Origin: a virus
Taxonomy: Duplodnaviria; Caudoviricetes
Strand: one strand, 5' to 3'
Length of the DNA: 28,478 bases
IMG/VR virus record: IMGVR_UViG_3300030376_002381
Span: 1-28,478 of that record
The position numbers and the translations under genes are program-made. How positions within the stretch are numbered: the stretch's first letter is position 1; the number at the start of each line of letters is the position of its first letter. Shown piece by piece: positions 15,653 through 25,634 of this stretch. The notes beneath the pieces were generated by a model. That model worked only from the letters and a program-made list of their open reading frames with translations. It was not told the DNA's origin and ran no database searches.

Positions 15653-17760
15653 TATATTGTGCTCCTCCTCCTAATATCAGCTAATTGAGCTTGACTATCA
15701 GTAAGCTCATCAGTTACTACAAATGTTTTTAATGCTGGCTGAGTTCCCTGCGGTCCTCCTCCTCCCTGTAATGTAAAGTTTCCTGATCTAGTAGGCGCGC
15801 TTACGCTTTTTGGTTGATCAGGAGGGGATGCTCCACCTCCTGCTCCTAATGCAGACTTAGCCTTTTTTACAGCTCCTATTACTGCTGCTATTTGTGTAGC
15901 GTAAAATATAGGAAACGCTAAGGCTGCTCCTGGACCTGTAGCCTTTGCAGATTTTTGTGCAATATCTAATCCCTGTATAAATCCTAATCCTGTATTTATT
16001 GCTATTTCTGCTAGTGCTGCCGCTTTACTTGCTTTACTACCCTCCTCAAATAATCCACTAATCTCTCCCATTGCTCCTCCTACAGCATTTACAAAGGCAT
16101 TTTGTGCCTCTATTTTAGCGTCTCTTAATTCGTTTGTTTTTTCTAAGTCCTCAGCATCATGAGTTTCTCTTATTTCTTTTAATTTTAGTAGTTTAAGTCT
16201 CTCTAATTCCTCTGTAGCCATACCTAACTCTAGAGCTTGCTCTATTTTTTTATCAAATTCTCTCTCTGCATCTATTAACTCCATCTCTCTTACTCCTGTC
16301 TGAAAATCTAAAATCTCCTGGATTTTGTCTTGCTTCTCTTGCGCAAATCTCTCCTCTATTTTTGCTATAGCGTCCTCTCTATCTTTTACTAATTGCTCAG
16401 ACTTCATACCAAAATGCTCAGCCTCTGCTATTAAGGCATCATATTTACGCTGCACTGCTAATATTTCTTTTTGCTCTGCAGTCAAATGAGCCTCCTCCAT
16501 AGTAGTCTGCATCTCTTGTAAAAACTTCTCTAATCTTTGCTGCTCTTTTTCTCTGTTTTGAGCTGCTTGCTGAGATTTTTTATCATTAGCTGCATCATCT
16601 ATTGCTATTATTTCTAATTCAAATCCTGCCCGCTTCTCTTTTAATTTATTTAATCCCTTATCCATTTGCTCTAATTCTGCATTTATCTCTGCCTCTGTCT
16701 CTGCTGCATCAAATCCTAGCAAATTAGCTCCAAATGATGTAAAATCATCAGTTAAATTTGTAGCATCCATTACACCTACTTTTGATAATCCAAAAGTAAC
16801 TGCATCAATAGTTGCTAATAATGTAGTAATAGGTAACATTAAAAATCCTATTATTCCCTGTGCTATCATCTCGTTTCTTTGTGCTGCTTTTATTTGAGAT
16901 TTTGCTGTAGATTTTTGCCTTTCTATCTCTACCTCAGACGCTTGTATTGCGGCGTCTATATCTTTTAGCTTAATCTGTAGTATCTCTCTCTGACTTTTGC
17001 CCTGTAATTTTAATTGATTTGTGCTTCCCTCAGTTGCTTCTAAGTTCTCTATAGCGGCGTCCTTTGCTGCTGTAGCAGACTCTAGCTGTTCTCTCATCTC
17101 TGCTGATACTCCTGATGCTAGACCTTTTATATCATCCCAATAAGCTACTAGAGTGCCTATAGCTATTACAATCAATCCAATACCTGTAGAGGCTATAGCT
17201 ATTTTTAATGTTTTCATACCCTTAGCAGATACCTTAGCTGATAATCCTATAGCCCTTAAGCCGTTTCTATATAATACAGCTGCTGATGCTGCCATCTTAT
17301 GTAGTTTTATACCTGCCTTAGTTTGTGCTATTGCTACCTTTTCTAATACTATACGCTTTGCAGTAGTCAAATGTAGAGACGCCTCAGCCATCATCCTTAC
17401 TCCCATTGCTATAGCTATAGCTCCCTGCACTTTTGCCTGTAATTTTTCTAAATTTTCACTCTCTACACCTAATAGAGTCATAGCTCCCTGAGCCGCTACA
17501 AATCCTCCTGCAATTCCCTCTGCAGTTTTTAGAAAACTCTCAGCAGTCTGAGCAGAGTCTAATCCCTCCATTTGTCTTGTAAGATTTTTTATCTTACTCT
17601 CTGTCTTTTGTATGTTATCTGCTAGCCTCTTAAAATCATCTGATCCTAATGTAGCGTCCTCTATAGCATTTTTAAGGAATCCTAGACTCTCTATTAATCC
17701 TCCTAAAGTATTTTGCGCCTTTTGCGCTCTCATTTCTATCTCTACTACACTTTTTGCCAT
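15652..17760 (-). CDS. Tail tape measure protein
   Basis: 702 aa, Ala/Glu/Lys-rich coiled coil with hydrophobic stretches (STGIGLIVIAIGTLVAYW; ALAFPIFYATQIAAVIGAV). Confidence 0.8.
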   Translation of the reverse strand: MAKSVVEIEMRAQKAQNTLGGLIESLGFLKNAIEDATLGSDDFKRLADNIQKTESKIKNLTRQMEGLDSAQTAESFLKTAEGIAGGFVAAQGAMTLLGVESENLEKLQAKVQGAIAIAMGVRMMAEASLHLTTAKRIVLEKVAIAQTKAGIKLHKMAASAAVLYRNGLRAIGLSAKVSAKGMKTLKIAIASTGIGLIVIAIGTLVAYWDDIKGLASGVSAEMREQLESATAAKDAAIENLEATEGSTNQLKLQGKSQREILQIKLKDIDAAIQASEVEIERQKSTAKSQIKAAQRNEMIAQGIIGFLMLPITTLLATIDAVTFGLSKVGVMDATNLTDDFTSFGANLLGFDAAETEAEINAELEQMDKGLNKLKEKRAGFELEIIAIDDAANDKKSQQAAQNREKEQQRLEKFLQEMQTTMEEAHLTAEQKEILAVQRKYDALIAEAEHFGMKSEQLVKDREDAIAKIEERFAQEKQDKIQEILDFQTGVREMELIDAEREFDKKIEQALELGMATEELERLKLLKLKEIRETHDAEDLEKTNELRDAKIEAQNAFVNAVGGAMGEISGLFEEGSKASKAAALAEIAINTGLGFIQGLDIAQKSAKATGPGAALAFPIFYATQIAAVIGAVKKAKSALGAGGGASPPDQPKSVSAPTRSGNFTLQGGGGPQGTQPALKTFVVTDELTDSQAQLADIRRRSTI

Positions 17761-17772
17761 AATTTTTATTTA

Positions 17773-18672
17773 TTAAAAGCTTAAATCTGTTCTAAGGATA
17801 TGCATATACAAAATCGCACTCCATTTATTAATAACATTATTTCTATCAGTTACTTTTACCTGTAAAACTCTCTGAGCTATACCCTCCTCATCTGTAATAT
17901 CTGCTGCCTCTATTGTAAAACTACCATTAACACCTAGCTTTGCTATATTTTTAGTATTAAAATTTGTAAAAGTAGTAGAGGCTCTAGCTACTCTTACACA
18001 TTGCTGATTACGTCTGTATGAAAAATTGCCCGCTGTGCCACTTGTGCCACCTACCTCTAATCTAGATACATACATCTCTATCCCTATTATACTATTTAAT
18101 GGTATTGGTATATAATCTGTATATACTCCTGTAGCATCAGGCTGATTTACTAGAGCAGTCATAGTAGTCTGAGTATTATCTGTAGTCTCACAATTTAATA
18201 TAATTGTGCTTAATTGACCTGCATTCATTACTGATGTTGCTGTATCAGATATAGTATTGGTATTGCTTAAATTATGAGCATTTAATACTGCCTCTCCATG
18301 TGTTCTACTTTCTCCTCCTAATCCTGTTAATATTGCAGTGCTCTGTATATCTCTATTTACTATATGATTTACACCATTTACAAATATTAAATTATTATTA
18401 CCTTTTGTCTCATTATTATATCCCTGCACATGATGCACATTAGTATCAGGATGTAATTTATTTTTACCTTTTACAGCTGTATTTAGTTTTATACTTTCTA
18501 CATTTTCCTGAGGTTGAAACGCTACACACATACCATCTACATATCTATATCCATAGGCTTTACATGTTTTTTCATTAGCGTATAAGTCATTATTAGTGCC
18601 ATCTGTAAATAACACTCTACCATCATCTTTTACCTCATTAGGCTTAATTGTATGTCCTTTTATAAAATCCAT
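17773..18672 (-). CDS. Putative tail fibre / tail-associated protein
   Basis: CKAYGYRYVDGMC N-terminus, G.NN beta-solenoid-like repeats; follows the large tail protein. Confidence 0.5.
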   Translation of the reverse strand: MDFIKGHTIKPNEVKDDGRVLFTDGTNNDLYANEKTCKAYGYRYVDGMCVAFQPQENVESIKLNTAVKGKNKLHPDTNVHHVQGYNNETKGNNNLIFVNGVNHIVNRDIQSTAILTGLGGESRTHGEAVLNAHNLSNTNTISDTATSVMNAGQLSTIILNCETTDNTQTTMTALVNQPDATGVYTDYIPIPLNSIIGIEMYVSRLEVGGTSGTAGNFSYRRNQQCVRVARASTTFTNFNTKNIAKLGVNGSFTIEAADITDEEGIAQRVLQVKVTDRNNVINKWSAILYMHILRTDLSF

Positions 18673-21444
18673 CTATAATAATAATAATTCTACTGAGCTC
18701 ATCTCTCCTGGTTTGTAATCTATTTTATTTACTCTGTATAATCTATTTTTTATCCTAATATTATTTTGAAATTTGAAATCATGCACATCTGTAGGATATA
18801 GATTAATTCTTAATGTTAATAGTCTAGCCTCAGGGCTATTTAACTCATATATATACTGACTCCAAAACTCACTAAATAATGTATTAAAAGGAGGAGGCTG
18901 ACTACCTAAATGCTGGCAGTATCCAAAATTGTAATTTTGATCTCCCGCTTGCTCATAATGACTAATAAATCCATAGGTTTTCTGATTACTAAATTGATAT
19001 GATGCATGATTTTGCACAGGACTATCAAATCCAAATCCTCCTAAATTACTTGTCTTTGTGCCATTAAAATATCCTAGCCTTACTACATTATCAAATGCCT
19101 GATATTCATTATCTCCCTTTTTGCTAAATATAGCTGGACAATCAAATTGCATAGGCTGCCATATTGGTTTATTAATTAGAGGCGCAAAAGGTAACTCTAT
19201 TTTAAGATCTCCTGTAGCAAAGTCATTAGTTGTGTTCTCATATTCATAAGCTCCAAATAAATACTCTCCTGTAGCTACATTAGAGGTAGCCTCTGTATAT
19301 AATTTAGATACATGGTCTTTACTATCTTTTTTATATGTAAGTTTTGTAATCCTCTTATTATTAACAGGTTTTAACTTAAATTCCTGCGCATCTACTTTAT
19401 GAGTCCAATCTAATATCTCTATATCATTAGACGCTGTATAAGGCTTAAAAATATCTTTATATGTTTCTATCTTAAACTCTCCCGCCTCATCATGATTATT
19501 TATAACTACTAAATTAAATGCCTTTAATATCCCTGATACAAAATCCCATTGAGACATATTACCTCTATTACAATTAGATAATATAGAGTCAGTCATCTCA
19601 TCATCTCTCACTCTAAATATTATACCATCTATATGCCCGCTAGTAAATTGCGTTACATCTGAGCTATTATTTTGAGATACTAATTCTAATCTGACCTGAT
19701 CTCCTAATGCTAATGTAGTGTTTATAGTGTTTATAGGATTTTCTGTAGAGTTTCCTGATATAGTTAGATAATGTATTGCTAAATTTGTATTTTGCGTTAC
19801 ATTCCTAAGTCTAAGTCTTACATTTTCATCTCCTGATGCATTATTAGATAATTTTACGTTGTAATGAATTTGCACCGACTGATTATTAGTAGTAGCAGTA
19901 AAAGTAGTATCATTAGTCCAATATATAGACTTTAAGGCGTCTGAGTTTGCAGTAGAAAATTTTAGAGGAGTATATCCTGTAAAAGTAGCAGTCCAATTAT
20001 CATTAGCTGCTACTCCAGGATCATCCTCCTGCTCTAGCCATAAATTACCTCCTATAGTTTTACCTGTATTAAAATCTATAAATAAATTATCTAGCCAGTC
20101 TGAGTCTAAAAATGTGCTCACATAAGAAAATCCCGCCTCAAAAAATATCCTTTTTAATAAATACCTTACCTCTATCCATGGTCTAAATCCATCCTCTAAA
20201 TATTCCATCTCCCATCCCTGAGGTATTATACCTACTAAGTATTTTCTAATAAATGAGCCTGACCAATCGCATAGAGGATACCTTAATACTTGACTATGTG
20301 TAGCTCCTGGAGAGCCTGCAAATCCTGTATAAGCTGATGATAATGGAGTAGATAATTCTATACCTGTAGTCCATGATGAGGTAATGTTACTACTATTATA
20401 TAAATGGTCTAGCTCAGTAAAGTCTAAATCTCCTAATTTCTTATTTTCTAATAATGTTTTTAATGCTATAGTTTCTGAGTATAAATTTACATTATAAGAT
20501 ATATCCCCATCAGTCTCAGTAATGTCTATAAGTCTTAATTTACCATCAAATATAGTATATCCATTTTCTTTTAATCTTATCCTAGTATGCTTGTATGGAT
20601 TAAATGATAATAAATCATCTGCAGTGCTTCTAGTTACATCAAATATATTACTAAATACTCTATTATTTTTCTTTGTAGATGGTAGCTTAAATGCCTTACT
20701 ATAGCTGGTAGTTTTTTCGCTTGCATTCTTAAAGTTATCTACATTTAATGTAAGAGGTATAGTTTCATCCTCATATAAATCTAGGATTACCTGACCATCT
20801 GCAAAATCCTCATATACTGAGTTTGCTGCGTTTTGTGTTTCTCTTATACTTATACTATCTACTAAGGTCCTACCTGCTGTATCATCCCTATACTCTAATA
20901 GTAATAATGCTTGTGCTGCATTAGCTGTAAATGTATAGGTATATGTGCCTGCTGTAATACCTGGCTCAAAAAAAGCATTACCTCCTAAATGGTCTAATCC
21001 TACTCCTCCTACATTTGTCTGAGTGCCGTATTGATTACCTATAAATAAATCTCCTGATGCTCCTGCTGTAACGCTATCTACTACTATTACTAAGTCATAA
21101 TCTACTCCTGATGTAAGTCCTATAATTCTCTGATATACTCCCTGAGATGCTGGATTACCTGCACTATTAGAGCCAAATAGATTTAATAGACCTCCTGAAA
21201 ATGATGGCTGTAATGTAGATGCTCCAAATGTGCCGCCTGTGCTATGATACCTACCCCAATTAGGCGCGGGCGTGGTAGTCTGTATCCCTACAATAGGAGG
21301 ATTAGATGCTGTAGTAGCTACACTAGATGTAGTGCTTCCATTTAGACCTGTATCAGCAACATACTCATTTGTATTAGCCGTAACGCTGTATGTATATACA
21401 CCATTTATATTTATTTGAGGATATACTACTAATTGCACACTCAT
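18673..21444 (-). CDS. Large tail tip / baseplate hub protein
   Basis: LDLYEDETIPLT...YSKAFKLPSTKKNNRVFSNIFD and C-terminal YRVNKIDY...VELL pattern; extra ~215-aa N-terminal beta-rich domain. Confidence 0.65.
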   Translation of the reverse strand: MSVQLVVYPQININGVYTYSVTANTNEYVADTGLNGSTTSSVATTASNPPIVGIQTTTPAPNWGRYHSTGGTFGASTLQPSFSGGLLNLFGSNSAGNPASQGVYQRIIGLTSGVDYDLVIVVDSVTAGASGDLFIGNQYGTQTNVGGVGLDHLGGNAFFEPGITAGTYTYTFTANAAQALLLLEYRDDTAGRTLVDSISIRETQNAANSVYEDFADGQVILDLYEDETIPLTLNVDNFKNASEKTTSYSKAFKLPSTKKNNRVFSNIFDVTRSTADDLLSFNPYKHTRIRLKENGYTIFDGKLRLIDITETDGDISYNVNLYSETIALKTLLENKKLGDLDFTELDHLYNSSNITSSWTTGIELSTPLSSAYTGFAGSPGATHSQVLRYPLCDWSGSFIRKYLVGIIPQGWEMEYLEDGFRPWIEVRYLLKRIFFEAGFSYVSTFLDSDWLDNLFIDFNTGKTIGGNLWLEQEDDPGVAANDNWTATFTGYTPLKFSTANSDALKSIYWTNDTTFTATTNNQSVQIHYNVKLSNNASGDENVRLRLRNVTQNTNLAIHYLTISGNSTENPINTINTTLALGDQVRLELVSQNNSSDVTQFTSGHIDGIIFRVRDDEMTDSILSNCNRGNMSQWDFVSGILKAFNLVVINNHDEAGEFKIETYKDIFKPYTASNDIEILDWTHKVDAQEFKLKPVNNKRITKLTYKKDSKDHVSKLYTEATSNVATGEYLFGAYEYENTTNDFATGDLKIELPFAPLINKPIWQPMQFDCPAIFSKKGDNEYQAFDNVVRLGYFNGTKTSNLGGFGFDSPVQNHASYQFSNQKTYGFISHYEQAGDQNYNFGYCQHLGSQPPPFNTLFSEFWSQYIYELNSPEARLLTLRINLYPTDVHDFKFQNNIRIKNRLYRVNKIDYKPGEMSSVELLLL

Positions 21445-21446
21445 AA

Positions 21447-22898
21447 TTATACTCTTTGCGTTTGTCTATTTAATGTCTTTGTTATCTCAAAAGTATATTG
21501 CACTAATTTATCATTTACGCTAGATTTTCTAATATGCTCTCCTGATGATATAGTAATAGGCTCTATATACTTTCTGAGGTATCCCTGGTTACCATCATCT
21601 GCAGACCTAGGATTTATTACAAATACATCAGTGCTAATAAATAACTCCTCAAGCCATATAGCCTCATCCTCTGTAATAAAATCAGTATTTAATGTAATAT
21701 TTTCTGTAATGTTATTTTTATATGCTTTCTTACCTCCTAAATGACCATGAGGGATAAATCTCTCCTCATTCCATGATCCCTCTAATTGAGTATAAGTAAC
21801 TCTATCAGCTGCAAATGATTTTACTGACTTCTTTTGGAAATTATAATAATCCCATGCTCCATACTTATTTAGCCATGTTAATCTAGTGCTACCATACTTG
21901 CAATCTGCTGCCTGATAATATATATAATATGTATTACTAATTACCTGGTCTAAGTCATTATACGCTATAATAGTATAGTAATCCCAATTAGCTGGTAATG
22001 AGCCTCCTGCTCCTACTATGTTTCCTGGTCCGCATCCTATAAATTGCATTTTAGTATTACTATCAGTCATGTGTCCATAATGTCCTCCATTTGCTCCTGA
22101 CTTTGTTCTAGTAATTGTAGATACTTGACTACCATTATAATAAAATACTAATACTATTTTTTTAATAGATGGATGAGTGCCCGCCCCTCCTACTATATAA
22201 TCCTCCTCATATTGGTCAAAAAATGCCATAGTCATATAATCATTAACATCTGCATATTGTTTATCTATAGGCGCATTAGTTAAAAATCTACCGCTACTAT
22301 CATTCATTATCAAATTTGCATAGTCTAAGTCATATCTAATATTCCCCATTGAGCCTGAGCCTAATTTTAATATATCTGTATTGTCTAAATATCCATTATA
22401 CATAATAAACTCATCAGACTCTACATCATTACCTGTATCCTCCTGCACAGGAGATGTAATATTAGCTGCAAATTCTACCTTAAATTTAATTTTTAAGTAT
22501 CTACAGCTAGTCCTATTAGTGCTATATTTATCTACCTGATGTATATTATGAGGCGCTGTAACTGAGTATTGCACTCCATTATAAGCACTCCCATTTGTAG
22601 CGTTACTATTATGCACATCTCCTCCTAAATATTCAGGAGATACATAATTACCTATTATAGGTCCAAAATCAAATATACCTACTCCTGCATCATTAGGGCT
22701 AACTTTTAATTTACTCCTAAATGTGCCATTAGTAATAGATGTAGATATATCCCCTGATGTTTTTTCTATATATACCTCAGCTATGTATTTTACTTTTACC
22801 TTATTTGCTACAGCAAATCCATCCTTTACTACAAATATAGTCCTAGCGTTTGCTGGTATTAATCTTTTAGCTGGTTTCTGTTCTATTGTTATACTCAT
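21447..22898 (-). CDS. Tail structural protein (distal-tail-like)
   Basis: C-terminal CKY...LTWLNKYGAWDYYNF...LNTDFITE...LEELFIS...KLVQYTFE pattern. Confidence 0.6.
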   Translation of the reverse strand: MSITIEQKPAKRLIPANARTIFVVKDGFAVANKVKVKYIAEVYIEKTSGDISTSITNGTFRSKLKVSPNDAGVGIFDFGPIIGNYVSPEYLGGDVHNSNATNGSAYNGVQYSVTAPHNIHQVDKYSTNRTSCRYLKIKFKVEFAANITSPVQEDTGNDVESDEFIMYNGYLDNTDILKLGSGSMGNIRYDLDYANLIMNDSSGRFLTNAPIDKQYADVNDYMTMAFFDQYEEDYIVGGAGTHPSIKKIVLVFYYNGSQVSTITRTKSGANGGHYGHMTDSNTKMQFIGCGPGNIVGAGGSLPANWDYYTIIAYNDLDQVISNTYYIYYQAADCKYGSTRLTWLNKYGAWDYYNFQKKSVKSFAADRVTYTQLEGSWNEERFIPHGHLGGKKAYKNNITENITLNTDFITEDEAIWLEELFISTDVFVINPRSADDGNQGYLRKYIEPITISSGEHIRKSSVNDKLVQYTFEITKTLNRQTQRV

Positions 22899-22901
22899 AA
22901 A

Positions 22902-23459
22902 TTATAATTTTTGACTCAATATTACCTCTACATCCTCTGCAAAACTCTCTGCTAATTTTTGTTGAAATACCTTAAATGAGTATGATATAGGCTTACTATA
23001 AAAACTAATAGACTTTAATCCATAATTTTTAATTTTTCTAGACATTAAAAATGCTAAGGATTTTCTAGTAATAAACTGCCCTCCTTTACTATCTTTTGCT
23101 CCTTTTGGTTTCCTACCCTGTATCCCTTTTGACCTTATCCAATCTACTAATATAGGTATAGGAGGTCCTTTATCTACAAAACTATAGGGCGATCTCTTAC
23201 GCTTACCATCTATAGCATAATAATATCTCTTACCTATAGCACCTGATACTCCCTTATCTATATACTCTCCATAGCTAGCTGCAGTCCATCTGATCTCATA
23301 TCCTCCATCTCTCTCAAATATAGTAAAATCCAAAGACTTAGCTAGACTACCTGTATTAGACCTTACTGCTAACTCACTCTCAGCCTGTCTAATAATATAT
23401 CTACCATAACTCTCTAGATACCTCTCTACAGATTCAAAATTTAGACCAAATAATGCCAT
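22902..23459 (-). CDS. Putative neck / tail-completion protein (HK97 gp10-like)
   Basis: TGSLAKSL, YGEYIDKGVSG, PPIPILVDWIRSKGI and LAFLMSRKI...G motifs. Confidence 0.6.
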   Translation of the reverse strand: MALFGLNFESVERYLESYGRYIIRQAESELAVRSNTGSLAKSLDFTIFERDGGYEIRWTAASYGEYIDKGVSGAIGKRYYYAIDGKRKRSPYSFVDKGPPIPILVDWIRSKGIQGRKPKGAKDSKGGQFITRKSLAFLMSRKIKNYGLKSISFYSKPISYSFKVFQQKLAESFAEDVEVILSQKL

Positions 23460-23911
23460 TATACGCTAGCTATAAATAACTCTACCTGTATATCATTTGT
23501 GTTAATAGGTCTAATTTGTAATGATGCTAAATCTCCTGTAATAGCTGCAAAGGCTGGAGTTGTATCCTCCTCTCCTATTGCTATATCATCTCCATTAAAT
23601 AAGACATGAGATGCTCCCGCTCTTAATCTTACCTGATAATTTGACGCTCCTGTAACTACTCCTAGCATGCACTCATTTGTCTCATCTAAATTAGTAACTC
23701 TTAAATACTTTACATTATCATGGTCTATATTACTAGCTGATGCATGATTAGTAGCTCCAAACTCTGCTATAGTAGTAGTCTGACTATGCGTGCATGTAAT
23801 AGTCCTCTCAAATGTATCTACTATACTTGCTGTAGTAGTTACATTAGTGCTTCCTCTGTTACTACCATTTATGGTAATTGACTCTGTAATGGTTGTTGTT
23901 AATGTCGGCAT
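23459..23911 (-). CDS. Thr-rich beta-strand putative virion protein
   Basis: 150-aa ORF, VKYLRVTNLD motif, inside the structural operon. Confidence 0.5.
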   Translation of the reverse strand: MPTLTTTITESITINGSNRGSTNVTTTASIVDTFERTITCTHSQTTTIAEFGATNHASASNIDHDNVKYLRVTNLDETNECMLGVVTGASNYQVRLRAGASHVLFNGDDIAIGEEDTTPAFAAITGDLASLQIRPINTNDIQVELFIASV

Positions 23912-23917
23912 ATTTTT

Positions 23918-24274
23918 TTATTTTTTATTTTTATCAATTTGTTTTAATTTACTTATAGCCCAATTTATACCACTGCTACCTCCCCAGGCATCCCACATTA
24001 GACCTCCGCATCCCTCAGTATATGGCACATCTTTATTTTGCTGATGCCTCTTAAATGATGCCATGCGGGCAATCGTATCTCTTGAAATATTTTCACGCCT
24101 TGCTAACTGCCCTGCGCGCGTCCATCCTATACGACTTCCACAAGAGCTACCATTTTCTTTTTTATATTTAATAGCTCTTTTTGCATTATTAGTAGCAGAC
24201 TGAGGATAGTCATTATAAGACTCTAGACTAATACTAATCTCCTCTAATTTTTCTAATATTTCATCATAAGTCAT
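23918..24274 (-). CDS. Conserved-looking phage protein with WDAWGG motif
   Basis: SYNDYP...NAKRA...CGS..GW.RA.QLA...TIARMASF.RH...CGGLMWDAWGG..G..WA..KL. Confidence 0.6.
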   Translation of the reverse strand: MTYDEILEKLEEISISLESYNDYPQSATNNAKRAIKYKKENGSSCGSRIGWTRAGQLARRENISRDTIARMASFKRHQQNKDVPYTEGCGGLMWDAWGGSSGINWAISKLKQIDKNKK

Positions 24275-24332
24275 ATCGTATCCTAAATGGTATTAATTGT
24301 ATTGTTAATCTCCCTATCCTTATTTTATACAT
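24264..24332 (-). CDS. Possible 22-aa cationic micro-ORF bridging two genes
   Basis: MYKIRIGRLTIQLIPFRIRYDL*; overlaps the stop of the upstream gene and the start of the downstream gene. Confidence 0.4.
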   Translation of the reverse strand: MYKIRIGRLTIQLIPFRIRYDL

Positions 24333-24814
24333 ACTTTACTATCATCTATAGGCACATCGCATGAGTCTAATACAGACTCTATAATTATCCTTATATCGCA
24401 TACCCATCCTGTTAATGTATTATCAAATCTCTCTGTAAATGGCTCACATGTAAAGTCATTATCTACAAAATATCTAGGCTCCTCTCCAGGTTGTGCATTG
24501 TAAGTATATGTATTTTCTCCATGTTTTAATAATGCTATAAGATCAGACATAATATGCATAGTATCATTTAATACATATTGCTCATTATCATTATCTGATA
24601 TATCCATTATAAATACCTGAAAATTAAAAGTCTTTTGAGACATTGTAATATCTACATTACCTATATTTACATGAGCTAGAGGATATTTACTATTTTTCTC
24701 CAAATCCACATCCCATAAATCCCCTGTAGTAACTTTCTCTATTTGCTCATGACTCTCTAATAGACATACTAAGGTATCTAATGTATTGCTGTATGTTTTA
24801 TATCTAATTGCCAT
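24320..24814 (-). CDS. Putative tail terminator / completion protein
   Basis: GDLWDVDL..KYPLAHV, CEPFTERFDN.LTGW pattern; acidic; position in the tail module. Confidence 0.55.
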   Translation of the reverse strand: MAIRYKTYSNTLDTLVCLLESHEQIEKVTTGDLWDVDLEKNSKYPLAHVNIGNVDITMSQKTFNFQVFIMDISDNDNEQYVLNDTMHIMSDLIALLKHGENTYTYNAQPGEEPRYFVDNDFTCEPFTERFDNTLTGWVCDIRIIIESVLDSCDVPIDDSKVCIK

Positions 24815-24815
24815 A

Positions 24816-25591
24816 TTAATTATTTTCTCTATTTACTGACTTATCATTATTTACATCTAATTGATATGCCATATATGTAAAACATTCTAAAGCTGGTATC
24901 TTTGTAATCTCATCTAATTTATCTACCTTACCATCTGCTAGTCTGTAGATAGTTTCATACCATCCCCATTTTTTCTGAATAGCGCTAGCCTCTCCCTCAT
25001 CGTCTCTGCCTTCAAATATACTGCCATAGTTTCTAAGAGTTGCGCCCCTAAAGCGTAAAAAAAAACGCTAGCACCATTAATGTCCTCTACTTTTAGATTA
25101 TCTCTAAATAGGTTTGCCCTATCCTGGGAGGGCTGATAATCCTCTATTATATACTTATCTCCATCCTCCTCTATAATTGGTCTATATAATATAGATAATA
25201 ATGTATGTAAATTTTCATACATACCCTCCCTAATACACATCTCTATATCTACAAACTCTCCTAAACTTACATTTTTTAATTTAGGATGGAATCCATATTT
25301 TTTACCTTTTATATTTAATATATGTTTTAATTCCTGATTAGGCTCTGATTTTAACATGTCTTTCATTACCTCGTTTATTTGTGTTAAATCAGGTATAGTC
25401 ATATTCCATAAATCCTGCTCAGGTATATCTGTAAGATGATGTATCATCATTACTAATCTAGTATGGTCTGTAGTTTTTTCGTTAGTCAAATAAGTCATTA
25501 CAGACATATATTTATCTAATGGTAGCTCATTCCATGTATCAGGCATGCTATACCATTTTGAGTCCTTACCTTTTTTTAGTTTTATTTGCAT
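24816..25591 (-). CDS. -1 frameshifted long form (~258 aa) of the putative tail assembly chaperone (G-T-like)
   Basis: T9 run at 25065-25057; the -1 frame is open for ~80 codons (LRFRGATLRNYGSIFEGRDDEGEASAIQKKWGWYETIYRLADGKVDKLDEITKIPALECFTYMAYQLDVNNDKSVNRENN*) and stops 1 nt before ATG 24814. Confidence 0.7.
24938..25591 (-). CDS. Putative tail assembly chaperone, zero-frame form (217 aa)
   Basis: PDTWNEL.L..Y, YGFHPKL..VSLGEFVDIE and LSILYRPI motifs; contains the slippery GTT TTT TTT. Confidence 0.6.
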   Translation of the reverse strand: MQIKLKKGKDSKWYSMPDTWNELPLDKYMSVMTYLTNEKTTDHTRLVMMIHHLTDIPEQDLWNMTIPDLTQINEVMKDMLKSEPNQELKHILNIKGKKYGFHPKLKNVSLGEFVDIEMCIREGMYENLHTLLSILYRPIIEEDGDKYIIEDYQPSQDRANLFRDNLKVEDINGASVFFYALGAQLLETMAVYLKAETMRERLALFRKNGDGMKLSTD

Positions 25592-25597
25592 ATATAT

Positions 25598-25624
25598 TAT
25601 AATAGAAAAATTAATAATTTAGTT
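25598..25624 (-). promoter_or_regulatory. Putative late promoter, copy 2
   Basis: AACTAA-ATTATTAATTTT-TCTATTATA, then ATATAT ATG (25591). Confidence 0.75.
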
Positions 25625-25634
25625 TAGAATTGTA

